The position numbers and the translations under genes are program-made. A stretch of DNA of 64,000 bases, counting the filler, from Asterionella formosa (taxonomy: Eukaryota): the NCBI GenBank assembly GCA_002256025.1. It is 11 parts of 11 records of this genome, joined end to end, with 100 filler letters (N's around TTAATTAATTAA, not from the genome) between each part and the next. Parts side by side here need not be neighbours in the genome. Positions count along the whole stretch, not along the records: positions 46,716 to 52,440 come from NKIB01012948.1; positions 52,541 to 58,263 come from NKIB01012949.1; positions 58,364 to 64,000 come from NKIB01012978.1; 8 more parts are not named here. One strand, written 5' to 3'. Below are positions 46,716 to 58,829 of this stretch, in pieces (position 1 is the first letter of the stretch; each line of letters begins with the position of its first letter). The notes beneath the pieces are model-generated. The model did not search any database. It was not told the DNA's origin and saw only the letters and a list, made by a program, of their open reading frames with translations.

Positions 46716-48982
46716 TTCCAATGTCAGGTCCGAAAATTCTCTTGGCAATCTTGATATCATTGGTTATCACTGGATTGGTTTTGATCGTATCCATGCGAAT
46801 TATTGCCTTGAAACTGTTAATCGGTTGATGGCATGCATGCCCTAGGCATGAAATAGATCACGAGCTCGCTTGGCTCTCTCAACTTGACGTTCAGTGTAGA
46901 ATGTTTTGTTTTCTTCAACTATTTTTAACATTAGAGTATTCTCAGCCTTAACAGCTGTATGAGGCTTGAAAACATATAGATTCATTCCAATTCTTTCGAA
47001 TCAAACTGGTTTGTCAGGCAAATGAACAATAAATGCATCTTCTTTCTCAGACTCGTAGGTAATCATGTACCTATCTGCCATTTTGGCATATCTGAAGATG
47101 TTGGTGATTGCCTTATCATTAAACCATACTTCTACCCATTGTGGAAGATCAGCCTTCATATTATTGACCATGGATCCACCATTTGTGGCCAGGTGCATGC
47201 TTCCATTGGTCAACATTCAAATGTTTTCAACCATTTTTGGATTGCAAAAGACTGGCTGTGACACTTGATTGATTATCCAAAAGTATCCAGTCACGCATCT
47301 CAGATGCTTGATAAAATTGTAGTTTGATATGAGTTCTCGCCCATTCAACTTGATTGACATTTGCTTGTTGTGAAGCTTGTGATGACTGTGGGTTGTTGGA
47401 ATAAACAGAGGTAACCGTATTCATGTCCGATGATGTAGTAGCCTGTGCATGACTTTGTTGGGCCTAGTTGATTGCCCATTCCTCTTTAGGTTTATTCTTC
47501 TCGCGACATGACGGTGATTTATGTCCAGCTCTTCCACAGTAGTAACATTTTCCTTCTAACTGGCTGTGTGAACGATAAGGTCACATCTTCATCTTCCTTA
47601 CCTGCATCCTTTTGTTCCCTGTCTTTATTATATGGTCTCCTGGTTTCTTGTGAATGTTGTGTTTATTTGTCACATCGAACCTATGGTTACTGAGCACATT
47701 ATTTGATTTAGCGAAAATCTGTTGGCATTGATCATTGCCGAGTGACTGTTGAGTGTTCAACCCAGTCATAATTGATCCATATTTGGCTTTATCTGGATTA
47801 TTGAGGTATGAATAGGCCAGAAATTGAATGAAAGTTTGTTCACGAAATTTATCTTGTAGCTTGATGTCTGTCTCGTTGCACCCATCCATGGCTTCAACGA
47901 ACTTGGTGAGGATAATGGGTCCTCCAATGTGTGTCTTGAGCACATCTCTTGCCACATGACATCCTTGGTGTAGTCTTGTAGACTTTCTCCTTCTTTTTGC
48001 TTTGTATTAAAAAGCGTTCTCATTGCATCTAAAATCATCGACATTGAATATCGATTCTCTTGAAAATTTAATGTGTGTTCTTTAATTGCCACAAGCAATG
48101 TTATTGGGTTATTTTTGATCCTATTGTAATCAGATCTCGATTTGATCTTGTTCTTCATGGCCCTGTGGCATCTTTCCCAGAGAAACGCATACTATGGTGT
48201 TAACATTTTCATAGGTCTGTACCCTCTTGCTATACGCATAGTAATCAGCCTTAAACTCGATCTCAAAATACCAATTCTCTGCAGTGCGATCTTCTTCTGT
48301 TGTTGCAGAACTAAGCTGCATTCTTCGCTTCCATGCCAATGTGCTCATTGGTTCTAATAACTTGAACGCAGTTCCTACGTCGTTGCCACAGTCGAACACT
48401 TTCTTGATGTAGTTGGTGAGGCACTCAGTTGTAGCCTCATATTCAGATGCCAGCTTTGCCAATCCAAGGTAGTAGTTATAGTCATTAACTGACTTCTTGA
48501 TGGTGTGAGAAGCATTATTGCATCCTCCCTTGGCTGAGCCTTCTTAGAAAACTTTCCTTTGCCACTCATGATGCGCCTTGTGCGACTACTTCAGACTTTG
48601 GATGGTCTGGTGGTACCCTCAAATCTTGTCTCCGGACTCTCAACAGTCACCTGTTGTTAGATTGTAATATTACGGCTCTTCCTTTCTGGCTAATTCTTTT
48701 AAAACTGTTGAAATTGCGTCCCAAAGCCCTCTATTGCTTTCTTGTATTCTGTAAGGACACGTCAGGGACCAAATAGGCTGTAGATATGATCAACAATATG
48801 ACTGAAATCGACTGAAATCATTCCTAAGAGTTTTAATAGAATTATGGGTTTTACTAGCGATGTAGATTGTTTTCGAACTCTGAGTTTTCTCTGGTACCAT
48901 ATTCTTTTTTGATTCATTCGATTCAATATGTAGTAGGTAATTCATACCGGGATTTTTCTTTCCTAAAATAATCTCTCCAACA
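46716..48982 (-). mobile_element. Second Copia (CoDi-like) copy: 5' LTR 48706-48982, degenerate gag and protease; 3' part lost in gap
   Basis: LTR TGTTG...CAACA homologous to 7086-7352; gag starting MSGKGKFSKK at 48569; QKEGESLQDYTK; LLDNQSS; DNA homologous to ~10370-11360. Confidence 0.92.
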
Positions 48983-48999
48983 GAAGAAGTTGAACATCG

Positions 49000-50315
49000 A
49001 AATGTAGCGATCAACCCCTCATTTCGCTTCAATCGATTGGCTCATCAAAACGAAATTCATTTAGTTAACTAAGAGAAAACACAAAACTAAAATTAGGATT
49101 CTTTGTACAATGACTTCCAATTGCTCATTTTATCAACAATGATTGAAGCACAAAAGGTTGCATGAGATCCTATGCTGGTAATAATTTGTTTTTCGTGACT
49201 TGGATCATGATATGTAGAAAAATCAAGATGAGAGACACTCTCTCCACTTCCGTGTTTATTGGACCAGAATTTCATTAAATGCGTGAAATTTTGCTTTCTG
49301 CATTAGATAAAAAGACGAAAATGATTCTTTGAATGCTTCTGGCAAACCAACAACAAGATCAAGGCCAGCACTGCCTAAGCCTGTAGCGATTCAGCTTGAT
49401 AATTCGCACCACAACAAGCTTAGACTTGCAGCTAGGATTGTTGAAAAATACCTCCTCTCAGGCCAAGGAAAAAAGTTCAGTAATTGAAATCCTGGTCATG
49501 CCTTGGCTTGGGCCAGAAACCGGGACCTGTGGTGAACTCTATTCCTCCTAATGATAGATCGTACGTGAATTGTGCACATCATGACTATTATAAATGGGCA
49601 CATTGATTATTACAACAAAATGACAATTTGCGAAGCCGATCTATAAGCTTCTTTCATTCACTCTAGCTTTGTTTCGCAGCAATTGTCTAAATAAGTCTCA
49701 CATGGCAGGCCAAATGCGTGGGCTGGCAGTTTGAAGAATTGGCGTAGTATGAGAAATTTCTGTGCATCTCCACCGCATCGACCAAATACTAAAGCCAAAC
49801 GCAGTTTAAAATATCAAAACACGTCACTTGGTCAAGAAATTTTTTATCAATAGTCGAAAATTTCATATTTTTTTCCACCGCATCGACCAAATCCTAAAAC
49901 AGTCAAATCTCGCGCCCAAAATTTTAACAAATAGAAATAGAGTTATATTGTCTTTATATGTGTATCGTTGACATAGCGGTACATACTACATAGCTATATA
50001 AACACAAAATGAAACAGTGAGCAATGATACGGACTCATCTGACGATGATTGCCTCTACCATCTCCGCAAGATGCATCTTCAACAAAGAAGTGAGAATAAT
50101 GCAAAAAAATAGGGGAGGAGGAGGTTCCAAGGTTGGCAGGGCTACTAACGTGAATCGCTTTCGTGCAGAGTACAATAAGCTGTTGAAGGACGACTATTTC
50201 GGCGAGAACCCAATTAACTCTCCTGCACATTTCAGGAGGCGCTTCCGGACGATGCGTCGCTCCTTATTTGAAAAGATTTTTGAAGATTTGGTTGAGGCGA
50301 ATCCATACATTAAAG
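49000..50315. mobile_element. PIF/Harbinger relic: transposase N-terminus on + (~50010-50315) and a probable divergent Myb/SANT-like ORF remnant on - (~49090-49600)
   Basis: NRFRAEYNKLLKDDYFGENPINSPAHFRRRFR.MRRSLFEKIFEDL..ANPY matches the recalled Harbinger (Plant_tran) N-terminal pattern DYF..NP......FRRRFRM. The minus-strand remnant is weakly supported. An 18-bp direct repeat CCACCGCATCGACCAAAT lies between them. Confidence 0.7.
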
Positions 50316-51587
50316 GACAAGATTTCCTCCTGCGTTCACTATGCTGATTCAAGTAATTCCACGAAATGTAGACTTGATGGATTTCACTCCCAATGGGTCG
50401 TCATTACACGAGATTCAACTCATACACGAACTAAGAGGGGAGCATCGATTGTATGAGAAATCACAATTTCAAGCTATTTACCGGGTTCAAAATATTGAGC
50501 CCGAAGCACGGCACTTAATTCCTCATTTCACGGTGATAGCAAAAACAATGATATATTTTTTTACAGGATCGATGTAACTTCCTAAATACGTTATGTCAAT
50601 CTACTGTGTGACGACTTAACAATCTTCGTTTCGTATTTCAATTTCGGGCACCGTTTGTTTCACCGGTACATCCTTGAATATCAATTTTCATCATCGTTAA
50701 TGGAATAAAGTACCGGTAGATGGTACAGAATAACCTGAGACGAACGAAACGGATTGTTGCTAAATTGTGCTTTTTCTTTGAATTGTAGGCCTTCAAAGAT
50801 CGCAACTTCTAGGCTAAAGGTAATTCTCAAAGCTAGAAGTCTGGAAACTGATACAAATATTCGCATGTCTAGTTATTTACTTAACTCAACAATGATTATC
50901 ACTTTAGCTACTTTGAATATGATAATTCCAGATCTTTCGAATTTCGGACGTGGCAGTAAGTAGTCATCATTCAATACCAAAGTGATTTTCGTTCGCCTTT
51001 TTCTCAAAAATGGGAAAAAATTGATAAAAAATCACAAACAAAAACTAGTTCTGTTCAAATCCTCTAGTATTCTCCAATTAATCTCTGAATAATGGTTTAT
51101 CAATGACATTCTTCCCCATTTACTCCCACAGTTTCCGGAGCATGAAATGGTAGCCACTATAATTGATTGATTGATTTCCTTTGTCGATCTCAAGTAGATG
51201 GTCTTTTTTTCGTCCTTCGTTGGGTCGTTTGGGGTATTCGTGGTTACTGGTAAGATGTGGGCTCTAAGCAGGGCTCTCATTTCCAGGAGTTCGACAAAGC
51301 TTGTTGCTTTCCTGGTCTCTAATCCCATGTATCTTTCGGTGTTGTGGCAGTGACCAATTGGAGCAGTTCGATGGAACAGATCTCCATCGATGATGAGATA
51401 AATCAGTTTTGAAAAATGATTCTGTAATGGTCAGCTTAACTTTTCATATCACCCGTTAGAAAATGTTCATCGAAAATGCGCATTAACTAAACGCTAGAGT
51501 GCGCAAAATACCTGTGATGGTCTCATCCTACGAAATTTTCCAAAGCTGAAATATACAAGTGTTTTTGTTCAGATTTGTCTTGCGAAT

Positions 51588-51710
51588 TGACGACACCATC
51601 CTTCTCTATGAAAAAATAAGAAACCCAGTGGTTAGAAAATAAGACGGCTGGAACTGATGACACCATCATTCTCCCCAAATAGAATAAGAAACCCAGTGGT
51701 TAGAGAATAA
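51588..51710. repeat. Two-copy ~55-bp direct repeat
   Basis: GACACCATC...AATAAGAAACCCAGTGGTTAGA at ~51592 and ~51659. Confidence 0.8.
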
Positions 51711-52163
51711 TGGATCCTCTGTATCTATCGTAAATTACCATTATTTGAGGCGTCTTTTTCCTCATCTATGTTGGATTCATCAATGTTGACAACACAAGAG
51801 GTATCATTGCTACCTGAATCGACTCGGCTATAATCACTGGCGACACGGCGCGATACTGTGTCCTCAATTAAGTGTACAGGCCCTCCTTCAAGGGCTCAAT
51901 TGAGGTCCATATTGTCAGGAGGAAGCCCAGTGTAAGAGATCCTTCTTGGAAAAAATACCTGCCAATTTGCATTCATCAAATCAAACTGAACCTGTGAAGG
52001 CCCATTTTTCGATTTATGTACCATGATCCTTTCAAAAAGTATGTTGAAATTTTCGGAGTTTTGTTGGGTCAACGCAAAGGCTATTTTGATTGGTGTTCGA
52101 AACAAAATCTATTTTCATTTGTCAAAATAATACGAGCAAAACAATAAAGGTAGTATGTTTCAT

Positions 52164-52318
52164 TATAGCCCATTCGTACTCCCGTATTTCTAGGCAAGTA
52201 TTGCATTGTGCATCCTGCCGACAAGACCTGTGCTTCCCTAGTTTTGTTTGCGTAGTGAGTCGTCCCCCAACCACTTTTCGCAAAAGGTGATCGATCGTTT
52301 TAAGCCGCAGCGTTATGT
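52164..52318 (-). repeat. Segment homologous to the 3' part of the SINE-like element at 58830-59184
   Basis: TATAGCCCATT..TATTTCTAGGCAAGT..GACAAG.CCTGTGCTTCCCTAGTTTT..CCCCAACCAC..GGTGATCG is shared with 58830-58970. Confidence 0.8.
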
Positions 52319-52540
52319 CAAGAGGCACGGAAAGGGACAACTGAGTGAGCTTCGCTCTGATGGACCTGTTGTGCGGAAATTTCCGGTCTCTTGCTTGTCA
52401 CTTTGCGATTTTCAACTTCTTAATCTCTTGGTGAATCTTGNNNNNNNNNNNNNNNNNNNNNNNNNNNNNNNNNNNNNNNNNNNNTTAATTAATTAANNNN
52501 NNNNNNNNNNNNNNNNNNNNNNNNNNNNNNNNNNNNNNNN

Positions 52541-53319
52541 CCAACATGCAAGCCTTCATTTGTTTTTTGATAAGTTGCAACATTGGTGAAATTTGTGCAA
52601 TCTTGTTTGCTACGATAGCTGGATTTCCTGAACCACTTACTGCCATGCATCTGTTGTGGGTCAACCTGGTGACTGACGGCCCACCTGCAACAGCCCTTGG
52701 ATTCAATCCAGCAGCGCCTGATCTTATGTTACAAAAACCTCGTCCCAGTGATGAGCCGATTATGACGCGATGGTTGCTGACACGGTATTGCTTGACAGGA
52801 TTATACGTGGGACTTGCAACTGTTGGAATTTTTGTGGGTCACTATTTAAATCAAGACATTAGCCTTGGACAGTTGGCATCTTGGAGTCAGTGTGGAGGAA
52901 ATTGGTCACCAAAGGGCGGGGCGGAGATGTGCACTGCGCTTTTTGAAGGATCGGGAAGAGCGCTGCCTCAAACACTGTCGTTGACTACTCTCGTTTGCAT
53001 GGAAATGTTCAAGGCATTGTCTGCCGTTTCTGTTGATAACTCGTTGTTTCGAGTCGGACCACTGGAAAACCCTTGGTTGATTCTCGGCGTAAGTGTCCCC
53101 TTTCTGCTTCATCTCGCTGTTTTGTACAGCGCAAAACTTGGTTTTCCTGGGCTTGGTGACGCATTTGGTATGGTGCCTCTATCGATCGATAATTGGTTGT
53201 CGGTGCTTTGTTGGGTATTACCAATTCTCGTGGTAGAGGAAATTTTGAAGGCCGTAGGTCGCTGGGTCAATGCTGAGTCAGCATTGAAAGCCGCGGCCTC
53301 CAAGCAGATTGGTTTATAA
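52541..53319 (+). CDS. P2A-type (SERCA-like) Ca2+-ATPase, C-terminal part; 5' end in gap
   Basis: FLISCNIGEI, LLWVNLVTDGPPATALGFNP, RYCLTGLYVG, TLVCMEMFKALSAVS..NSL, NPWL. Confidence 0.93.
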
Positions 53320-53567
53320 AGTTTTCGAGCTATTTATGAATGCTATTATAGAGTTTCATTGGCATTTCAGGTATATATCTACAAGGGAAAGTGAACTAGT
53401 AGTCCAGGATACTTCTGTTCTGTCATGGTGTGGATGGTGACCCATTTATTCAATATAAACTGTATGTCACTGTCTCTTAGCAGTTGAAAAAAAATGGAAA
53501 AGCTTACTTTATTATATTAAGGAACGACAATTGAAGCCAAATGGCGCTCTTGCTCACAGAAAAGATA

Positions 53568-54296
53568 TTACAAAGTGGCAACCAGTGGAGGGACAACAAT
53601 GACCGCAACCACGCCGGTAATCAGGGTTCCCACGACCACGCCGTGTTTGGCGTTTTGCCACATGTGGAAGCGTTTAACATCTCTTGCTCGCTTCTTGAAA
53701 ACATGAGACACTTGCTCCATTTTTGATGCCTTGTCGCCTAGAGCATCAAGTTTTCCCTCATTGTCCAAAATTAATTGTATATTGTCATGCATTTGGCGTT
53801 TGCAGTTGTCAATCTTCTCGTTGACCATTGCCAGTCGTCCCATGTATGCTACTTCTTCCATTCGTTGAAGTAAGCACGGTGCAAAGGTTTCTTGACAAGC
53901 CAAGACTCCCCCGTGCTGCCATTCAAAGTCCCTCTGTCTATTATTTTCAGTCATCAAGACAATCTTCTCCAAAAACGATTGAGCTTGATCTTTCTTAACG
54001 CTGCGATCGTGTACACAGCAAACCATCCAAATGAACAAAGCACCAGTGGTCGGATCCTTCTCGTACACGTGAAATTTTGCCCCACAAAAATCTGATTTTC
54101 GTGGCTGATGAAACTCGAACCCTGGCGTAGCGCGCTTTTTCATCAAATCCTTGGCAACTCGTGTGACTGCACCATTGTGTGTTGTATCTTCTCCTGCCTC
54201 GGCGAGAATGATGTTGTCTCGGCTTATGCAGCTCCAGAGGATACCTTGTGTGGAGCGATTGCTTCGGGTCAGAATACTTTGGTTCGTCGTTGTCAT
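53568..54296 (-). CDS. Longin R-SNARE (VAMP7-like)
   Basis: Longin-like N-terminus (ISRDNIILAE), synaptobrevin coil (MHDNIQLILDNEGKLDALGDKA..FKKRARDVKR..W), C-terminal TM segment. Confidence 0.88.
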   Translation of the reverse strand: MTTTNQSILTRSNRSTQGILWSCISRDNIILAEAGEDTTHNGAVTRVAKDLMKKRATPGFEFHQPRKSDFCGAKFHVYEKDPTTGALFIWMVCCVHDRSVKKDQAQSFLEKIVLMTENNRQRDFEWQHGGVLACQETFAPCLLQRMEEVAYMGRLAMVNEKIDNCKRQMHDNIQLILDNEGKLDALGDKASKMEQVSHVFKKRARDVKRFHMWQNAKHGVVVGTLITGVVAVIVVPPLVATL

Positions 54297-54354
54297 GGTT
54301 GTTCGATTAATAAAATAAAGAGGGAGTATATTTGAAACGTATTGAGAAAATGAT

Positions 54355-55190
54355 GGTACCTGGTAGTTCGTTTCCGCGAATATTGTGACACGGAAGAAGT
54401 TACCGGTATCATTTATAATGTGTTCGAATCATGTGTGGGCATTAACGTACCTGGTACCAGGTACGTGATGGAACGAGGCAATATACCGGCGTATTCTCTA
54501 TATTCTAGTATACCGGTAGTATAGTTTGACTCATGTAGCAATCATATGCCGGTATATAAAATATTATGCCGGTCTAAAATAAAATAATTGCGTGACCGAC
54601 GAACCTAGATCGTGTTGACTGACAAAACTTCTTAACTCTTATACGGTATGTATACCGGTGTATATATATTTATATAAAGTAGTTTTTTTGCATCCTCACT
54701 CACGATAGCAATATTCATGTGTACATCACCTATAGCGGTCGGTACCAGGTACCTGGTACCCTGGTACCAGGTACCTGGTAGAGTAGACCAACGGGTAAGA
54801 GAGAAAGAAGAACACGAAGCAAAAGCATTCTGTACCTGGTACTCTACCCGGTACCAGATACCGTACAAAACTTGTACCGCTGCACCTCTATGTAGAATAC
54901 CGGTACGAACCCTGGTAAGGATGTATTTTTACTACAAGAAGATTTAATTAAGTCGTGTGGTTGTTTTATGATGTGCTGCAACCGTACAGTATATACCGTA
55001 TTATGGATGGATCTGTAGCTAAGCTCAAGGCACACATTAGGGCTATTACATCGGAGAAAATTGTAGGAGTCAAAATGGCCCCGAAGAAATTTTAAGAATG
55101 ATTGGTGAAGCCATTTTGTTTGCTTTCACCGAGAACGAGTGAGTACCTGCTACCTGGTACCTGATACCTTGTACTCGGAGTACCGGGTAC
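54355..55190. promoter_or_regulatory. Divergent intergenic region rich in GGTACC/TACCGGTA/CCTGG palindromes
   Basis: For example GGTACCAGGTACCTGGTACCCTGGTACCAGGTACCTGGTA at 54741-54780, between the divergent VAMP7-like and CRAL-TRIO genes. Function inferred. Confidence 0.4.
55005..55143 (-). mobile_element. Short mariner/MITE-end relic related to 30137-30257
   Basis: GGATCTGTAGCT...AGGGCT...CGGAGAAA.T.GTAGGAGTCAAAATGGCCC aligns with 30139-30212. Ends in GAGTGAG|TA, like GAGGGAG|TA. Confidence 0.6.
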
Positions 55191-55390
55191 TCCTACCATT
55201 CAGCGTGCGTTGTAGCCCAACATTGAAGTACGACCGGTATGCATAGACAAATGGATTTCTTGTTTCACCCAACATTTTAAGATTCAGCATTCGTTTGTAT
55301 GTATGCCTTTTAAGCCTTTTGTTAGAGTTTTTTTTGTAAATATATCGAACTCCGTCACTGTTTCATGGACCATATCTTGTTGTCTACACC

Positions 55391-56251
55391 ATGTCCAACC
55401 CAAACATAGCCATGACAGAGCCTGACATTTATGGTCAGAGACACCCCATTGAAACAGCAGAAATGATTGAGAAGGGATTGAAGGACATTGAGACTGAATT
55501 TGCAAAGATTCCCACTGAGGACAAGGTGGGATGGGAGCAAGCCAAGCAAAAATGCCCAACCTTGACGGGCGACGATTCCAAACTCATGTTTCTTCGAGCT
55601 GAAGTCTTTAACGCAGATTTGGCAGCTGCCCGACTTTGCTCATACTGGACCAGGCGAATCAGTCTCTTTGGTCCTGACAAGGCCTTTTTGCCATTGACAC
55701 AGCAGGAAGGGCTCAAGGACGAACACATAGTTCTTGGAATGGGGTTCATGCAGCTGCTGCCTGACAAAGACCCCATCGGAAGAAGTGTTTTCTTCGTTGA
55801 TCCCTCTAAGCAAGATAGTACCAAGTATGGCAGAGATCAGATGATAAAAGCTGCTTGGTACCTCTTGCTCGCTGGATTAGAAAACGAGGAAGCACAGAAG
55901 AAAGGAATCGTTTTTATATCTTACCCGAGACACACCAAAGCTTCACAATTTGATAGGGTTGCTGTGCAAGCGATTGTATCCAGCATCCGGAGTATTCTGC
56001 CAGTCCGTGTGGCTGCTTTTCACATTTGCCATCCACCTTTCTTCTTTGCCATGATCTTTCCCATTGTCAAGATTTTCTTGGGAGCACGCCTTCGTAAGAG
56101 AGTGCTAGTTCATTCTGGCGGCGATGCCAAGGTATTGAAGCAAATGGAACATTTTGGCTTGTCAAAGGACCACTTGCCAACTGAGTTGGGCGGGGACATG
56201 AAGCTGGATGTCAATAAATGGCTCACAGACCGTGTGGCCATTGGAAAATGA
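55391..56251 (+). CDS. CRAL-TRIO (SEC14-like) lipid-binding protein
   Basis: LMFLRAEVFN...AAARLCSYW, DPIGRSV, LPVRVAAFHICHPP, RLRKRVLVH, LPTELGG. Confidence 0.9.
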   Translation: MSNPNIAMTEPDIYGQRHPIETAEMIEKGLKDIETEFAKIPTEDKVGWEQAKQKCPTLTGDDSKLMFLRAEVFNADLAAARLCSYWTRRISLFGPDKAFLPLTQQEGLKDEHIVLGMGFMQLLPDKDPIGRSVFFVDPSKQDSTKYGRDQMIKAAWYLLLAGLENEEAQKKGIVFISYPRHTKASQFDRVAVQAIVSSIRSILPVRVAAFHICHPPFFFAMIFPIVKIFLGARLRKRVLVHSGGDAKVLKQMEHFGLSKDHLPTELGGDMKLDVNKWLTDRVAIGK

Positions 56252-57120
56252 AAAAAGTAGGGGATTTCTCATCCACTTAGCTTTCAATGTATCCCAATCA
56301 ATCCATGATTATTGAAAGGAATTTGTGAAATACTGAGTTTGGGCCAATGGTGTTTGTGCCTATTTTGCTTATAATTATATATTAGCCTTCATGTTGAGAG
56401 AACCAGAGTCAAACTCCATTGAATAGAAAATATGCTAGATCCAAAGCAACCAACCCAACAAGTTTGCATCTAAAAAGTTGAATCACAAGGTGGCTGACAC
56501 ACCAAATGATCAACTCAGCACATCTAATAAAATAACCAACAACCAAACCAAGGAATTGAAACCAAGAAATGGACTGCTGACTTGAAAGATTGTTGGTAAC
56601 ACAAGTAACAGAACATCTGTTTATTTCTTTTCTACTTTCCTCATTCATTGACTCAGCTGATTGTAGTTATTGTCCACCGTGTGGACATGATGCATTTCTC
56701 AACACACACAAGTCCTTTTTGTACCATTTTAACACTGCGCATTCTAGAAGATATAGCAATTTGAGCAATCCTAATAAATCATGATGGAAATGAACATGCT
56801 GGAAGCGACAGTCACAATTTATTTTTCGTAAGTAATGAAAAATAAATTACTTTTTGTGGTTTTCGTGGTAGAGTACTGTTTACAACGGAAAATTTCTGAT
56901 GCTACTAGTTGGTAGTACCAGGGTACCTGGTACCAAGTACCGTATTGCGTACATATGGACTTTTTGAGAATCCGAGAGAGGAAAGAAGAAACCGTTGAGC
57001 AAAATGCTTCCTATATAAACAAGAAACACAGGCGTCATGAATTACAGGTATATACGGTACTTTGCATTCAAAAACTTTATCAAGACAATTTAGAAATAGC
57101 TATACAATCGCCGCGGCACT

Positions 57121-58263
57121 ATGCAAATTGAAATACTGAATTGTTCCGAGTCAGACTCGCGTCGAGACTCAAACTGCAGTTCTCTCACCGGCTTTGCTGA
57201 AAATAGTGCACTTGATGATGGACCTGACGATCGTTTGCATGTGACCCAGACTTCGCTCTGCGGCAGATCGAAGGAACTGTCCCTACTGGATGATGCACTG
57301 GATAGGGTCTTTGACTCCAACGCTGACAAGGGATCGTCCGAGGTAGTGCACGTACGTGGGCAAAGCGGGTGTGGGAAAAGTTCCATCGTCGAGAAACTTC
57401 GAGAGTCAGTAGTGGAACGAAATGGATTCTTCGTCAGTGGCAAGTTCGACCATTTCCGCAGCCAAGAACCATTTTCAGCCATTGCCTGTGCTTTTGCTGA
57501 TTTGTGTGACTTGGTTTCTCAAAGCGACGACTTAGTAATAGTCAAGAATGCATTAGAAGAGGCACTTGGATCAGAGATTAAGGTGCTTCTCAACTTGATC
57601 GGCAACCTGTCATCACTAACCGATGAGCTACCAGAAGTTAAACCAAATGCAAATGCCGGCCATGTATTCACTAGATTCAAGTACCTATGCCAAATATTCC
57701 TAAACTGTTTGGCTACAGCAAACCACCCAGTTTGTGTTTTTATCGATGATATTCAATGTAAGTCAACAAGTCTATTTGCTATTTGCAGGGATTCGGTAGA
57801 GATTATCTCAATTAGTTTGCAGGGGCCGATGGGGCAAGTCTTGAGGTCCTTCAAGCTTTGTCTATGCATAGAGAATCGAGCCACGTCCTCCTTATTTTTG
57901 CTTATAGGGACGAAAAGGTGCCTGATTTTCCCTTCTTTCGGTCCACATTAGAAACTGATTGTAAACTGCTCAGAACGGACATTGACCTGGGGAATATCAG
58001 TCTCGAACATGTCAATGAAATTGTCTCGCACCTCTTGGAAATGGAACCCATTGAGACAATGGCCTTGGGTGAGCTTGTACACAGGAAAACAAGTGGTAAT
58101 CCATACCACGTACTTCGGTTCATGGAAATGTTAGAAGCCGAAAAATTCTTAACATATTCTGATAATAATGAACTCTGGACCTGGGATATGAGTATGATTC
58201 AAGCTGGAACAAACGTCTCCGACCAGGTAGGTGAGTTGGTTGCAAGCAAGATACAACGAGTTC
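57121..58263 (+). CDS. AAA_16/STAND-like P-loop ATPase, 3' end in gap; intron 57758-57822
   Basis: LCGRSKEL, Walker A GQSGCGKS, SGKFD, EPFSAI, Walker B VFIDDIQWADGASL rebuilt across the intron, AYRD, KTSGNP. Confidence 0.88.
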
Positions 58264-58829
58264 NNNNNNNNNNNNNNNNNNNNNNNNNNNNNNNNNNNNN
58301 NNNNNNNTTAATTAATTAANNNNNNNNNNNNNNNNNNNNNNNNNNNNNNNNNNNNNNNNNNNNCAATTCAAATCATGGAAATGTGACTGCTTCAATGATA
58401 TATGAGAAGCAACGCACAAATTCATTCAAAATAGTTCAGAAAAGCATTCAAGCATCACTGCACTGCCTTTTATTTAGTCTTTGCTTGGTAAAACATCACC
58501 CACCAGATGTCCAACCCTTGGCAAAGGATAGCTTTGCAAAATAAAAATTCACCGTCACAGCTTTGTTGGGGATAAAAAGAAAAAACTTACCCTGAATTTA
58601 AAAGCAAATCACTGCATTATTTATTCATATTCTATTATTTTATATTCTAGTGCATGTCAAGAAATCATGATTCTCCAATGTTCTACTTGAAGAAAGGCAA
58701 AACAAACAAGACAGTTAGTGGAAAGCGTGGGGATTCCTGTTTTCTGTAGCAAGGATGTAGAGTCTGGCACAATTACAATTAGACTTGACCTTCCTGGTTA
58801 TTATGTAGCCATGAAAGTTTAATATGCTT

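Noticed and set aside
7086..48982. Two similar LTRs as the ends of one 42-kb element
   Set aside because: Each LTR has its own internal sequence covering the same gag/protease region, the outer flanks (TGGTG vs GAAGA) do not form a TSD, and the LTRs differ by indels. These are two independent insertions.
54317..54329. AAAGAGGGAGTA resembling a Stowaway terminus near the VAMP7-like start
   Set aside because: No matching second terminus or subterminal homology. Likely a chance pyrimidine tract in the 5' UTR.
352..56251. Membrane-trafficking cluster (VTI1, VAMP7-like, CRAL-TRIO, SERCA)
   Set aside because: Common housekeeping families, and VTI1 is over 50 kb from the others. Proximity is compatible with chance.
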